From: Nannocystis pusilla
GTDB taxonomy: Bacteria; Myxococcota_A; Polyangia; Nannocystales; Nannocystaceae
Reading direction: 5' to 3' (one strand)
DNA length: 64,000 bases
NCBI RefSeq assembly: GCF_051105105.1
Contig: NZ_CP185339.1
Part shown: positions 41,976 through 52,971 of the stretch, in pieces
Layout of the letters: every line of letters starts with the position of its first letter
How positions within the stretch are numbered: position 1 is the stretch's first letter
Notes under the pieces: model-generated
Databases searched by the model: none
What the model was told of the DNA's origin: nothing
The model's input: only the letters and a program-made list of their open reading frames with translations
Position numbers and translations under genes: made by a program

Positions 41976-43172
41976 TCAGCTGCGGCCGGCGAGGGCGACC
42001 ACGCGGTCCATCAGGAGCTCGACCTCGGCCTCGGTGTTGTAGAAGTGGGGGCCGAGCCGGAGGCCGCAGTTGGGCCGCCAGTCGAGCTTGTAGCGCTCCT
42101 CGATGAGCTGCTTGCTGGCGTCCTCGCTGCCCTCGAAGTCGACGGCGACGAAGCCGGTGCGGCGCTCGTGGTCGAGCGGCGAGTGGACGACGAGGCCGGC
42201 GTCGTGCGCCCGGTCGATGATGCGCTGGCACAGGGCGAGGTTGTGGGCCCGGATCCGCTCGACGCCGATCTCGTGCAGGTTCTTGTAGGCGGCGAGGGCG
42301 ACGTAATAGGCGGGGATCGAGGGGGTGCCGGCGAGGAAGTGGCGGTGGTCGCTGGCGAAGCGGATCGGCGGCGGCTCGAAGGCGAACGGGTCCTGGTGGC
42401 CCATCCAGCCGGTGAGGCGCGGCCGCAGGCGCTCGCGCAGCTCGGGCTTCATCCACATGAAGGCGGTGCCCGGGCCGCCGCACAGCCACTTGTGGCTGCC
42501 GCCGACGACGATGTCGGCGTCCCACTCGGCGACGTTGATCGGGACTGCGCCGGCGGTCTGATAGACGTTGACCATGACCAGCGCGCCGACCTCGTGGGCC
42601 CGGCGCGTGATCGCGGTGATGTCCTGCAGCGCGCCCGAGACGTAGATGCCGTGCGACAGCGGGACGATCGCGGTCCGCTCGTCGATGGCCGCGAGCATGC
42701 GCTCGGTCGGGATCGTCATGCCGTCGTCCGAAGGCACCTGCACGAGCTCGGCCCCGAGGTCGCCGAAGCGCTCCCACACGTAGAGGACGTTGGGGAACTG
42801 CAGCGACTCGACGACGACGCGGTTCTTGCCGCGCGACCCGGCAGGCCCGGAGGGCCGTGAAGCAAAGTCGAGGCAGGAGGCGATGGCGGCCTGGAAGTAG
42901 GCGACGTTCTGGTTGAGGATCGTCTGCCCCGGCGGCGCATTCAAAAAGCGCGCGGCGCTGTCGGCGGTGTCGCGCATGACGTCGAGCCAGTGCGGCCACA
43001 CCTCGACGCCCTCGCTGGCCCAGTCGTCGGCGTACTTCTGCAGCATCTCGGCGGCCTGCCGCGGCATGGCGCCCATGCTGTTGCTGTTCATGTAGGTCGA
43101 GTGGGCGAGGATCGGGTAGTCGTCGCGGTAGCGGGCCAGCTGCGGCTGGAGTTCGGGAAGGATCGGGGTCAC
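41976..43172 (-). CDS. kynU: Kynureninase
   Basis: 398 aa with PLP aminotransferase class V-like motifs (GGSHKWLCGGPG with the Lys, YLNSNSLG-like MNSNSMG). GTG start. Confidence 0.85.
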   Translation of the reverse strand: MTPILPELQPQLARYRDDYPILAHSTYMNSNSMGAMPRQAAEMLQKYADDWASEGVEVWPHWLDVMRDTADSAARFLNAPPGQTILNQNVAYFQAAIASCLDFASRPSGPAGSRGKNRVVVESLQFPNVLYVWERFGDLGAELVQVPSDDGMTIPTERMLAAIDERTAIVPLSHGIYVSGALQDITAITRRAHEVGALVMVNVYQTAGAVPINVAEWDADIVVGGSHKWLCGGPGTAFMWMKPELRERLRPRLTGWMGHQDPFAFEPPPIRFASDHRHFLAGTPSIPAYYVALAAYKNLHEIGVERIRAHNLALCQRIIDRAHDAGLVVHSPLDHERRTGFVAVDFEGSEDASKQLIEERYKLDWRPNCGLRLGPHFYNTEAEVELLMDRVVALAGRS

Positions 43173-44146
43173 GGGGCGGTCCTCTGGGTCGCGTGGATGT
43201 CGTAGGGGCGGAACTCTTGCCGGCTGGTGCGGCGGCCGTTCATGTCGGCGAGCTCGCGCTTGCTGAAGGCGTTGGGGCCGGACCGCGGCAGCTGGCGGCG
43301 CACGAACGTCTCGATGATCCGGCGCGCCTGCTCGGCGACGTCGGCGCGGGTGCGATCGATCTCCGACATGGCCTCTTCGGGGATCTCGCCGGCGAACTCG
43401 ACGCGGTAGGTCTCGTCGCACTCGTCCCAGCGCTGAAACAGCAGCTCGCGCTTCTTCGCCGGATCGCCTGCGGCGTTCCACAGCTCGAACAGCTCGCGCT
43501 CGAGCGTGCCGAGGCGGTAGGTCAGGGTCCGCAGGGTGAACTCGATCGCCATCTGCGTCCGGAGCTCGCGCGTGCGGTTGAGGAACTCGCGCTTGGCGGC
43601 CGCGTCGGTCTCGGGGCCGCCGAGCAGGTCCTGCAGCTTGACCAGCCACTCCGACGGGCCCGTGACGCCGAGGCCGGCCATGTTGATCTGGCGCAGGGCG
43701 GCCCGCGAGCCCTTGACCTTGTTGCCGTTCTGGTCGCGGTTCCAGCGGTCGCCGAAGCGCACGGTGCCGTCGGCGTTGAACACGGCGGTGAACCGCTTGC
43801 CGGCGTCGACGTACATCATGGTGCCGTCGCGCTGGCGCTTGAGGCCGAGCGAGCCGAGGGTGTCCTCCGAGACAGGTTTGAAAGCACCTGTCCCATAGGT
43901 CCGGAGGGACCGCGGCGAGGGGATCTTCGGCACCCCGCCGGGCGGCTCGGCGCGCTCGTTGCCCTCGGCCTCGATCATCTCGGGCGCGGGCGCGGCGGGG
44001 ACGGCCGGGCTCGCGGGCGCCGGCCTCGGGCCCTCCGGGGTGGCGCCGGCCGACGGGCTCGCGGGCGCCGGGCCCTGCGGGGCCGGCGTCGAGGTCGCGG
44101 GCGGCGCGAGGCCGATCGCCGCGACGAGCGCGAGCCAGGCGGCCAC
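43169..44146 (-). CDS. Hypothetical secreted protein with a Pro/Ala-rich N-terminal linker
   Basis: Strong AAGGAGGA RBS then GTG. VAAWLALVAAIGLAPP signal-like segment. Conserved-looking C-terminal domain. The start is uncertain. Confidence 0.4.
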   Translation of the reverse strand: MAAWLALVAAIGLAPPATSTPAPQGPAPASPSAGATPEGPRPAPASPAVPAAPAPEMIEAEGNERAEPPGGVPKIPSPRSLRTYGTGAFKPVSEDTLGSLGLKRQRDGTMMYVDAGKRFTAVFNADGTVRFGDRWNRDQNGNKVKGSRAALRQINMAGLGVTGPSEWLVKLQDLLGGPETDAAAKREFLNRTRELRTQMAIEFTLRTLTYRLGTLERELFELWNAAGDPAKKRELLFQRWDECDETYRVEFAGEIPEEAMSEIDRTRADVAEQARRIIETFVRRQLPRSGPNAFSKRELADMNGRRTSRQEFRPYDIHATQRTAP

Positions 44147-44151
44147 GGCGA

Positions 44152-44542
44152 CTAGTCCTCCTTGAGGAAAGCCTCGTACTGCTCGGCGGTGAGCAGCCCA
44201 TCGAGCGCGGAGCGGTCGGTCGGGCGGATCCGGACCATCCAGCCGTCGCCGTAGCAGTCGGTGTTGACGTTCCTCGGGCGAGGCGTCGAGCTCGCCGTTG
44301 ACCTCGATCACTTCGCCGTCGATCGGGGCGTACAGCTCGCTCACGGCCTTGACCGAGTCGACCGTACCGAACTCCTGTTCGGCGGTCAGCCGGGTGCCGA
44401 CGGTCGGCAGGGTGACGAGGGTGATGTCGCCGAGGGTGTTGACGGCGTGGTCGGTGATGCCGACGACGACGGTGCCGTCGCTCTCGAGGCGGGCCCACTC
44501 GTGCTCTTTGGTGTAGCGGAGGTTGCTCGGGATCTTGGACAT
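44152..44542 (-). CDS. gcvH: Glycine cleavage system H protein with a 1-bp frameshift near 44273
   Basis: Lipoyl-lysine region GTVDSVKAVSELYAPIDGEVIEVN. The C-terminus NVNTDCYGDGWMVRIRPTD...AEQYEAFLKED is in the adjacent frame. An extra g in the ttcctcggg run explains the shift. Confidence 0.8.
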
Positions 44543-44552
44543 GGTGAAACTT

Positions 44553-44608
44553 CGGGGCAGGTTGTCGGGGACAGGTACGCGGGGACAGGTACGCGGGGAC
44601 AGGTACGA
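44553..44608. repeat. Four tandem 14-bp units GGGGACAGGTACGC (a variant of the family)
   Basis: The sequence ggggcaggttgtc|ggggacaggtacgc|ggggacaggtacgc|ggggacaggtacga lies between gcvT and gcvH. Confidence 0.8.
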
Positions 44609-44621
44609 AGCGACAGCAGGC

Positions 44622-45743
<1,122 letters not shown>

Positions 45744-45814
45744 GGTGCTGCCCCGTTCCCATAGCCAACTTCGGCCGCCGCGGGAAGGGCCGCGGCGTGC
45801 TACACCCCGGGGCG

Positions 45815-46963
45815 ATGCGCTCCGAGAGGGAACCCGGAAGCAAACCGCGATGGCGCGCGGCGCATTTCGCGCCGATGGCCGCGTTGGCGTCGTGTCTCGC
45901 CCTTTTGACCCCCGCGTGCGCGGCCCGCAAAGGCGCGCCGCCGACCGGACTCAACTCGTTCGGCCAGGGCACCCGCTACATCCAAAAGGCGGTGCGCAGC
46001 AGCAGCGAGGGCGTGATCATCCTGCCGTCGAAGCGCGCCGAGAACCTGTTCGACCTGCAGCGGCTGAACGAGATCGCCCAGGCCCTGCGGCCGCCCGCCG
46101 CGGCCTGCTTCGTCAACCGGGCGATCGAGACGATGAAGCGAGGCAAGCGCGACGGCGAGGAGGCGTACCTCGACGTGCCCGAGGGCCAGGTCAAGATCCG
46201 CACCCGCCTGTCGCCCGACGGCGAGGTGCTGCGCACGGAGGTGCTCGACACGGGCTTCAAAGACCCCGAGATCGAGCCGTGCATCATGGAGGCGATCCAG
46301 GGCCGCAAGTGGATCAAGAACCGCAGCGGGGTGGTGCAGTACCTCGACGTGATCTACTGGGTCAGCCTCGGCGACGGCTCGGAGGACAAGTCGCCGCAAG
46401 CCAAGGCCGAGCTGCGCCGGCAACAGGCGATCGCGGCCATCCGCGGCAAGGGCTGCCTCGAGCGCCGCGTCGGCGCCGGGACGTACCCGGTCGAGGGCCT
46501 CAACCTGGTCGACCGCGACGGCAACACGCTGGTCAGCCGCGTCGAGCCCAACTCGCTGCCGCAGAAGGTCCAGGAGTGCCTGTCGGTGGTGCTCCGCGAC
46601 ATCCAGATGCCGCGCGCGCCCAACTCGTTCGTCCGCCCGATCTCGCCGCAGGTCGAGTACACGGTGGCGACCGACGGCACGGTGTCGTTCGCCGACGAGC
46701 GCTGGATCAACCTGATCCTGATGGAAGAGAAGGCGGCCCGCGAAGACCGCCTGGCAGAGGTCGACCGCGGGCTCGGGATCGCGGAGCCGCGAGCGAGCGA
46801 GACCGAAGCCGCGGCGACACCGAGCGAGAGCGCGGAGGCGGCGGCGAGCGCGGGCGAAGAGACGACGCCGCCGAGTGAGCCGCAGGCCCCCGCGCAGGAC
46901 CCGGGGCAGGGGGGGATGAAGCTCAAGCTCGGCGGGCACCGGCGCTCCGAAGCGCCGAAGTGA
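45815..46963 (+). CDS. Hypothetical lipoprotein
   Basis: Lipobox LALLTPAC. Conserved Cys pairs. Acidic Ala/Glu-rich C-terminal tail. The start is ATG 45815 or 45875. Confidence 0.5.
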   Translation: MRSEREPGSKPRWRAAHFAPMAALASCLALLTPACAARKGAPPTGLNSFGQGTRYIQKAVRSSSEGVIILPSKRAENLFDLQRLNEIAQALRPPAAACFVNRAIETMKRGKRDGEEAYLDVPEGQVKIRTRLSPDGEVLRTEVLDTGFKDPEIEPCIMEAIQGRKWIKNRSGVVQYLDVIYWVSLGDGSEDKSPQAKAELRRQQAIAAIRGKGCLERRVGAGTYPVEGLNLVDRDGNTLVSRVEPNSLPQKVQECLSVVLRDIQMPRAPNSFVRPISPQVEYTVATDGTVSFADERWINLILMEEKAAREDRLAEVDRGLGIAEPRASETEAAATPSESAEAAASAGEETTPPSEPQAPAQDPGQGGMKLKLGGHRRSEAPK

Positions 46964-47196
46964 GCCGGGCGCGGCGCCGGCTGCCGGTCGGCGCTCGCGC
47001 GGAGCGGCGGAGTGCGTCGCGGATGGCACATCCGCGGATTGACGGTTGAAGCTGTCTTCGAGGGCACGAGGCGAGCCTCGGGCGCTCGCAGACTTGCAGG
47101 TATTCGTGGCTGGGCTGGCGAGACGAATCGTCGCCGTCGCGGGCGTCGCGCGATACGGCGGGTCGCGCGATGCGCGGAAGGGCCGCCTGGTCTTGA

Positions 47197-47218
47197 CATG
47201 CAACCAAAAAGTTGCATG
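47197..47218 (+). promoter_or_regulatory. Perfect 8-bp-arm inverted repeat CATGCAAC-n6-GTTGCATG overlapping a TTGACA -35 box; candidate ArsR-family operator
   Basis: TTGACA at 47194-47199. The palindrome sits 23 bp upstream of the ArsR ATG in an AT-richer patch. Confidence 0.5.
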
Positions 47219-47240
47219 ATAGGACCATCCCATCCGCACC

Positions 47241-47576
47241 ATGGACGAGGTGTTCAAGGCGCTGGCCGACGCGACGCGGCGGCAATTGCTCGACCGGCTG
47301 TTCTGTGAGAGCGGGCAGACGCTGCACGCGCTGTGCGAGCAGCTCGAGATGACGCGCCAGGCGGTGGCCAAGCACCTCGCGGTGCTCGAGGCGGCCAACC
47401 TGGTGGTCGTGGTCCGCAGCGGGCGGGAGAAGCTGCATTACCTCAACCCCGTGCCGATCCACGAGATCTACGAGCGGTGGATCGGCAAGTACCAACAACA
47501 CCACCTGGCGGCCCTGTCCGCCCTCAAGACGAGCCTCGAGGAGAGACGCGATCATGACGACGACGACACCTGTTAA
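47241..47576 (+). CDS. ArsR/SmtB family transcriptional regulator
   Basis: wHTH segment ALADATRRQLLDRLFCESGQTLHALCEQLEMTRQAVAKHLAVLEAANLV. Confidence 0.8.
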   Translation: MDEVFKALADATRRQLLDRLFCESGQTLHALCEQLEMTRQAVAKHLAVLEAANLVVVVRSGREKLHYLNPVPIHEIYERWIGKYQQHHLAALSALKTSLEERRDHDDDDTC

Positions 47577-48030
47577 ACCCAGCTTCGTGTATGTCACGTT
47601 CATCACCACCACGGCGGAGAAGCTGTGGGAGGCGCTGACGCAGGGCGAGTTCACCGAGAAGTACTGGGGCGGGCGCCGGGTCGAATCGACGTGGCAGCCG
47701 GGGGCGCCGATCGTGTACCGCTACGACGAGGGCCGCAAGACCGATATCACCGGCGAGGTGCTGCGCTGCGAGCCGCCGACGGTGCTCTCGTACACGTTCG
47801 GGGTCGACCACGGCGCGGCGACCGAGCCGGCCTCGCGCGTGACGTTCGAGCTCAAGCCGCTCGGGCAAATGGTGCGCCTGACGCTGACGCACGACCAATT
47901 CGTCCCCGACAGCAAGGTGCTGGCGGGCGTGTCGCGCGGGTGGCCGGGCATCCTGTCGAACCTCAAGACGTTCCTCGAGACCGGCAAGCCGATGCCGTTC
48001 GGCAATTGGGACAAGGCGACCGCGACCTGA
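47554..48030 (+). CDS. SRPBCC superfamily protein (AHSA1/Aha1-like)
   Basis: 158 aa. This is the typical partner of ArsR regulators. It overlaps the ArsR gene by 23 nt. Confidence 0.7.
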   Translation: MTTTTPVKPSFVYVTFITTTAEKLWEALTQGEFTEKYWGGRRVESTWQPGAPIVYRYDEGRKTDITGEVLRCEPPTVLSYTFGVDHGAATEPASRVTFELKPLGQMVRLTLTHDQFVPDSKVLAGVSRGWPGILSNLKTFLETGKPMPFGNWDKATAT

Positions 48031-48072
48031 CGGCGACGCCTTCGCCCCGCCGCGCACGCGCGTCCCTGCCCG

Positions 48073-48963
48073 TCACTCGGGGATGATGATGGCGACGAGC
48101 TTGTCGCAGAACACCGCGTCGAAGGGGCCCGAGATGGCGCCCTCGACCGTCCCGACGACCCGCGGCGGATCGGCGGGGTCGAACGCGTCCCAGTTGCCCG
48201 CGAGCTCGGTGATCTTGACGCTGTCCGGCTCCGGGGGGAAGCCGGTCATTCCCTTGTCGTGGATCGTGGCCATCGTCTCCCAGGTGCCGATCCAGCCCTC
48301 CTCGAGGATCGAGTCGGATTCGACCCAGTGGGCCACGACCAGGCCGGAGTTGCCCATGGGCCAGGGTTCGGCCAGCTCGGTCGCCGCGTCGGCCTCCGGC
48401 GAGAGGAAGACGAGGCGCGGGCTGTAAGGCGTAGTGGCCGCCAACCAGCCGAAGTATGCGCGCTGGGCGGTGAACTGCCCGAACACGGAGGGCCCCTGGA
48501 CCAGGGTGCCGGGCGGAGCGTCGAAGGGGCAGCCGGTGAACCCTTCGAGCCCCGGGAGCGGCCTCGGAGCCATGGTGGTGCCCTCGCTCGAGTCGGTGGC
48601 GCTCACGTCTCCCGTGCTCGACGTGCCGTCGGTGGTCGTCGCGGTGACGGCGGTGCTCGCGGCGTCGGTGGTCGTGCTCGTGATGGTCGTGTCCGCGGTG
48701 TCGGCCGTCGTGGCGGTGATGGCCGTGCTCGCGGTGCTGGTGTCGGGGTCGCTCGTGCTCGACGGATTGGCGGTGGTGGTCGTGGGCCCGGCGCCGGTGG
48801 TCGGGGTCGAGGTGGTCGCAGTGCCGGTGCTCGGGGGAGTCTCGCTGGTACCGGGAGCGGGGTCGCTGTCCTGGGGGTTGTCGCCGACGACGATCGAGGG
48901 GATGCAGGCGGGCAGGACGAGCGTGCAGATGGTGATGAGCGCGGTGCGGGCGGCGAAGGGCAA
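48073..48963 (-). CDS. Hypothetical lipoprotein with a long Thr/Ser-rich linker
   Basis: Lipobox LVLPAC. About 100 aa of T/S/A low-complexity linker. Globular C-terminal domain. Confidence 0.55.
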   Translation of the reverse strand: MPFAARTALITICTLVLPACIPSIVVGDNPQDSDPAPGTSETPPSTGTATTSTPTTGAGPTTTTANPSSTSDPDTSTASTAITATTADTADTTITSTTTDAASTAVTATTTDGTSSTGDVSATDSSEGTTMAPRPLPGLEGFTGCPFDAPPGTLVQGPSVFGQFTAQRAYFGWLAATTPYSPRLVFLSPEADAATELAEPWPMGNSGLVVAHWVESDSILEEGWIGTWETMATIHDKGMTGFPPEPDSVKITELAGNWDAFDPADPPRVVGTVEGAISGPFDAVFCDKLVAIIIPE

Positions 48964-49117
48964 GGGTCTACCTCCGCGGCGGCTCGTGCCCGCCCGTCTT
49001 CGTTTCCGTCACCAGGCTCGAATTTTCTGTCTTGGCCGCGAAATCAAGGGTTGCGGGTCGGGTGCGCGAACTCGGGCTGGTCGTCCGCGCGCGGGTGAGG
49101 GCGATGCGTGTCGCCCG

Positions 49118-49819
49118 TCAGTGGCGCGGCTGCGACTCGACCTCGCCGACCATCGGCACGAAGCGCACCGGCAGGACCGTCTCGACGTGCAGGTCGCCGC
49201 GCGGGCGCTTCTCCAGGACCTGCAGGTCCTGCACGAACTCGCCGACGGGGATCACCAGGCGACCGCCGACGGCCAGCTGTTCGGTGAGCGGGCGCGGGAG
49301 GGTCGGCGCGGCGGCGGCGACGATGATGGCGGAGAACGGCGCGGCCTCGGGCCAGCCGCGGTAGCCGTCGCCGGCGCGCACGCGGACGTTGTCGTAGCCG
49401 AGCTCTGCGAGCAGCGTCGCGGCTCGCTCCGCGAGGTCGGTGACGACCTCGATGCTGTAGACCTCGGCGCCCATCTCGGCGAGGACGGCGGCCTGATAGC
49501 CGGAGCCGGTGCCGACGTTGAGGACGCGGTCGCCTCGCTTGACGTGCGCCAGCTGGGTCATGAGCGCGACGACGTACGGCTGACTGATGGTCGCCCCGTG
49601 GCCGATCGGCAGCGGGTGATCGCCGAAGGCGTAGCGCTGCTCTTCGGGCGGGACGAAGCGCTCACGTGGGACCCGGCGCATGGCGGAGAGGACGGCCTCG
49701 TCGGTGATGTCGCGCGCGACGAGCTGCTGCTCGACCATCCGGCTGCGGGCTTGTGACGGTTCGTCCATGGCGGCGGCGCACGCGACGAGCAGGCACAGCA
49801 GGAGGCTCGTTCGGCGCAT
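49118..49819 (-). CDS. pcm: Protein-L-isoaspartate O-methyltransferase with an N-terminal signal
   Basis: PIMT motifs VLNVGTGSGYQAAVLA and GGRLVIPVG. Confidence 0.85.
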   Translation of the reverse strand: MRRTSLLLCLLVACAAAMDEPSQARSRMVEQQLVARDITDEAVLSAMRRVPRERFVPPEEQRYAFGDHPLPIGHGATISQPYVVALMTQLAHVKRGDRVLNVGTGSGYQAAVLAEMGAEVYSIEVVTDLAERAATLLAELGYDNVRVRAGDGYRGWPEAAPFSAIIVAAAAPTLPRPLTEQLAVGGRLVIPVGEFVQDLQVLEKRPRGDLHVETVLPVRFVPMVGEVESQPRH

Positions 49820-49924
49820 ACGGGCAGGCTAGCGCGCGCTCGGTCGGATGCCCGCGCAGGCGCTGCGCGGCGGCGGTCTCAGGCGCGAAAGCCTGGGGAT
49901 TTTACCGGCGGCCAGGCGGCTGTC

Positions 49925-50015
49925 TCCCCGGACATGTCGCAAACGCCAGGCAGGCTCAGCCGTGCTCGCGGGGGGCGCGCGCCTGGGGGATGTCCTCGGG
50001 GACATGCCCCCTAAG
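49925..50015. repeat. Duplicated GGACATGTC + GCCAGGC(A)GGCTCAGCC module
   Basis: The sequence ggacatgtcgcaaacgccaggcaggctcagcc ... ggatgtcctcggggacatgccccctaagccaggctcagcc lies between pcm and nadE. Confidence 0.7.
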
Positions 50016-50021
50016 CCAGGC

Positions 50022-52001
50022 TCAGCCGCTCTTCGGCACGACGTTGTCGAGCTCGGCGAGCTCGTGGGTAAAGCCGCCCGAGAGGATCGGGAAGCGGCAC
50101 CACGTCTTGGGGTCGAGGTTCTCGTCGTCGAGGTGGAAGCTCGGTGCGTAGCGCTCGCGCTTCCACTGGTTCTGGCTCCACAGGCGGAAGAACCGCTTGA
50201 TCCACAGCAGCAGCTGGTCGCGGCCGTGCTCGGGGAAGCGGCTGGCGAGGACCCGGTAGACCTCTTTCGGCGCGAGCTTGTCGCGGATGGCGGCGCGCTC
50301 GATGACGTTGAGGATCGGGTACGGCATCAGGTCGTCCTCGTCGGTCTGCTTGGCGCCGGCGGGCCGCAGCTCGGCGGTCGGGGCCTGGACGTTGACGGCG
50401 CGCAGGGCCGGCGTGGGGCCGACGCCGGCGGGGCCCTCGTGCTCGACCCACCGCAGCCACTGGCGCAGGAAGGCCTTGTCGATGCCGGCGATCGGCGACA
50501 GGCCGCCGCAGGTGTCGCCGTCCATGGTGGCGTAGCCGACGGCGGCCTCGCTGCGGTTGCTGGTGGCCAGCAGGAGGGCGCCGCGCAGGTTGGCGAGCAG
50601 CCATACGCCGGGGGCGCGGGCGCGGGCCTGGATGTTCTGCAGGGCGATGTCGTCGCTCTTCCAGCCGAGCTCGCGGCCGATCGCGCCCTCGACCGTGCGC
50701 ACGTAGGCGCGCACGAGCGGGTCGACGTTGAACTCGAGGAACTCGGCGCCGACGGCCTCGGCGACCGCGCGGGCGGCGTTGCGGGTGGTATCGGAGCTGT
50801 TGGCGGTCGCCTGGTAGACGCAGGTCAAGAGCGCCCGCACGATCGCCCGCGGGGTGGCACACGAGTCCTCGGGCAGGCCGAGCCGGGCGCAGGTGGCCGC
50901 GACGCCGAGCTCCTGCGTGGCCAGCGTGACCATGAGGTGGACGAGGTAGGCGACCGCGGCCGAGTCGGCGCCGCCGCTGAGCGAGACGACGAAGCCGCGC
51001 GACCGGCTCTTGCGCAGGTAGTCGAACAGGCCGAGGGCGACGGCGCGCGAGAACTCCTCGCGCTTGTCGTCGGGCCACGGCGCGCGCGGCAGCGGCTCGT
51101 GCGGCGGCAGGTCGGCGACCGGCAGCTGCATGTCGAAGCGGGTGATCCGGCGCAGGTGGTCGTCGACGGTCGGGGCCGAGGTCCTGCGGGCGTGGATCAT
51201 GCGCGCGAGGTCGACGTTGACCACGGCGCTGGTGAGGTAGACGTTGTCGTAGCCGAGCCGCGGGCCCTCGGCGATCAGGTGGCCGGAGGCGGCGATCATG
51301 CACTCGCCGTCGTAGATGACGCGGCCGGCCTCGTTGCCGATGAAGTTGGAGTAGACGTAGGTGGCGCCGAAGCTGCGCGAGGCGCCGATGACGATCTGCT
51401 TGCGCACCTCGTGCTTGCCGAACGCGAAGTGGCTGGCGCTGGGGTTGCAGATGACGTTGACGCCCTGGGCGGCGAGCTCGACGCCGGGGCGGTTCGGGAC
51501 CCACGCGTCCTCGCAGATCTCGAAGCCGATCCGCAGGCCGCCGACCTCGAAGATCTGGTCGCCCAGCGGGTAGCTGTGGCCGTCGTGCTCCCACTGCACG
51601 AACTTGCCGGCCGGCCAGCCCTTGAACCACCGCGGCTCGTAATGGATGCCGTCGCCGGCGAGGAAGCGCTTGCCGACCAGGCCGACGATGTGGCCGTCGG
51701 CGACCAGGCAGACCGCGTTGTAGTTGGCGGCGCGGTGCATGATCGGCAGGCCGAGGGCGACGACCATGCCCTTCGTCTCGGGCAGGAGCTCCTGCGAGAT
51801 CCGCCACGACTCGAGGATCGTGCCGCGGCTGAAGAACGCGTCCTCGCAGCCGTAGCCGGGGATGCACAGCTCGGGCAGGCACAGGACGGCGACGCCCTGC
51901 CGGCGGGCCAGGCGGATCGCCTCGACGATCCGGGCCTGGTTGCCGTCCCAGTCGAGCGGCGTCTGGTTGAGGGCGGCGGCGGCGACGCGGACGAGGTGCA
52001 T
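50022..52001 (-). CDS. nadE: Glutamine-dependent NAD+ synthetase
   Basis: N-terminal nitrilase/CN-hydrolase domain (catalytic-triad context EICED, NPSAS). C-terminal NAD synthetase domain with SGGADS PP-loop. 659 aa. Confidence 0.9.
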   Translation of the reverse strand: MHLVRVAAAALNQTPLDWDGNQARIVEAIRLARRQGVAVLCLPELCIPGYGCEDAFFSRGTILESWRISQELLPETKGMVVALGLPIMHRAANYNAVCLVADGHIVGLVGKRFLAGDGIHYEPRWFKGWPAGKFVQWEHDGHSYPLGDQIFEVGGLRIGFEICEDAWVPNRPGVELAAQGVNVICNPSASHFAFGKHEVRKQIVIGASRSFGATYVYSNFIGNEAGRVIYDGECMIAASGHLIAEGPRLGYDNVYLTSAVVNVDLARMIHARRTSAPTVDDHLRRITRFDMQLPVADLPPHEPLPRAPWPDDKREEFSRAVALGLFDYLRKSRSRGFVVSLSGGADSAAVAYLVHLMVTLATQELGVAATCARLGLPEDSCATPRAIVRALLTCVYQATANSSDTTRNAARAVAEAVGAEFLEFNVDPLVRAYVRTVEGAIGRELGWKSDDIALQNIQARARAPGVWLLANLRGALLLATSNRSEAAVGYATMDGDTCGGLSPIAGIDKAFLRQWLRWVEHEGPAGVGPTPALRAVNVQAPTAELRPAGAKQTDEDDLMPYPILNVIERAAIRDKLAPKEVYRVLASRFPEHGRDQLLLWIKRFFRLWSQNQWKRERYAPSFHLDDENLDPKTWCRFPILSGGFTHELAELDNVVPKSG

Positions 52002-52002
52002 T

Positions 52003-52023
52003 CAATGTCTCCGGGGACAGGGT

Positions 52024-52040
<17 letters not shown>
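52003..52040. repeat. GGGGACAGGG / GGACATGTCC repeat pair
   Basis: The sequence caatgtctccggggacagggtctaaaggacatgtcctg lies in the 22-bp gap between the Prs-like stop and the nadE start. Confidence 0.75.
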
Positions 52041-52967
<927 letters not shown>

Positions 52968-52971
<4 letters not shown>

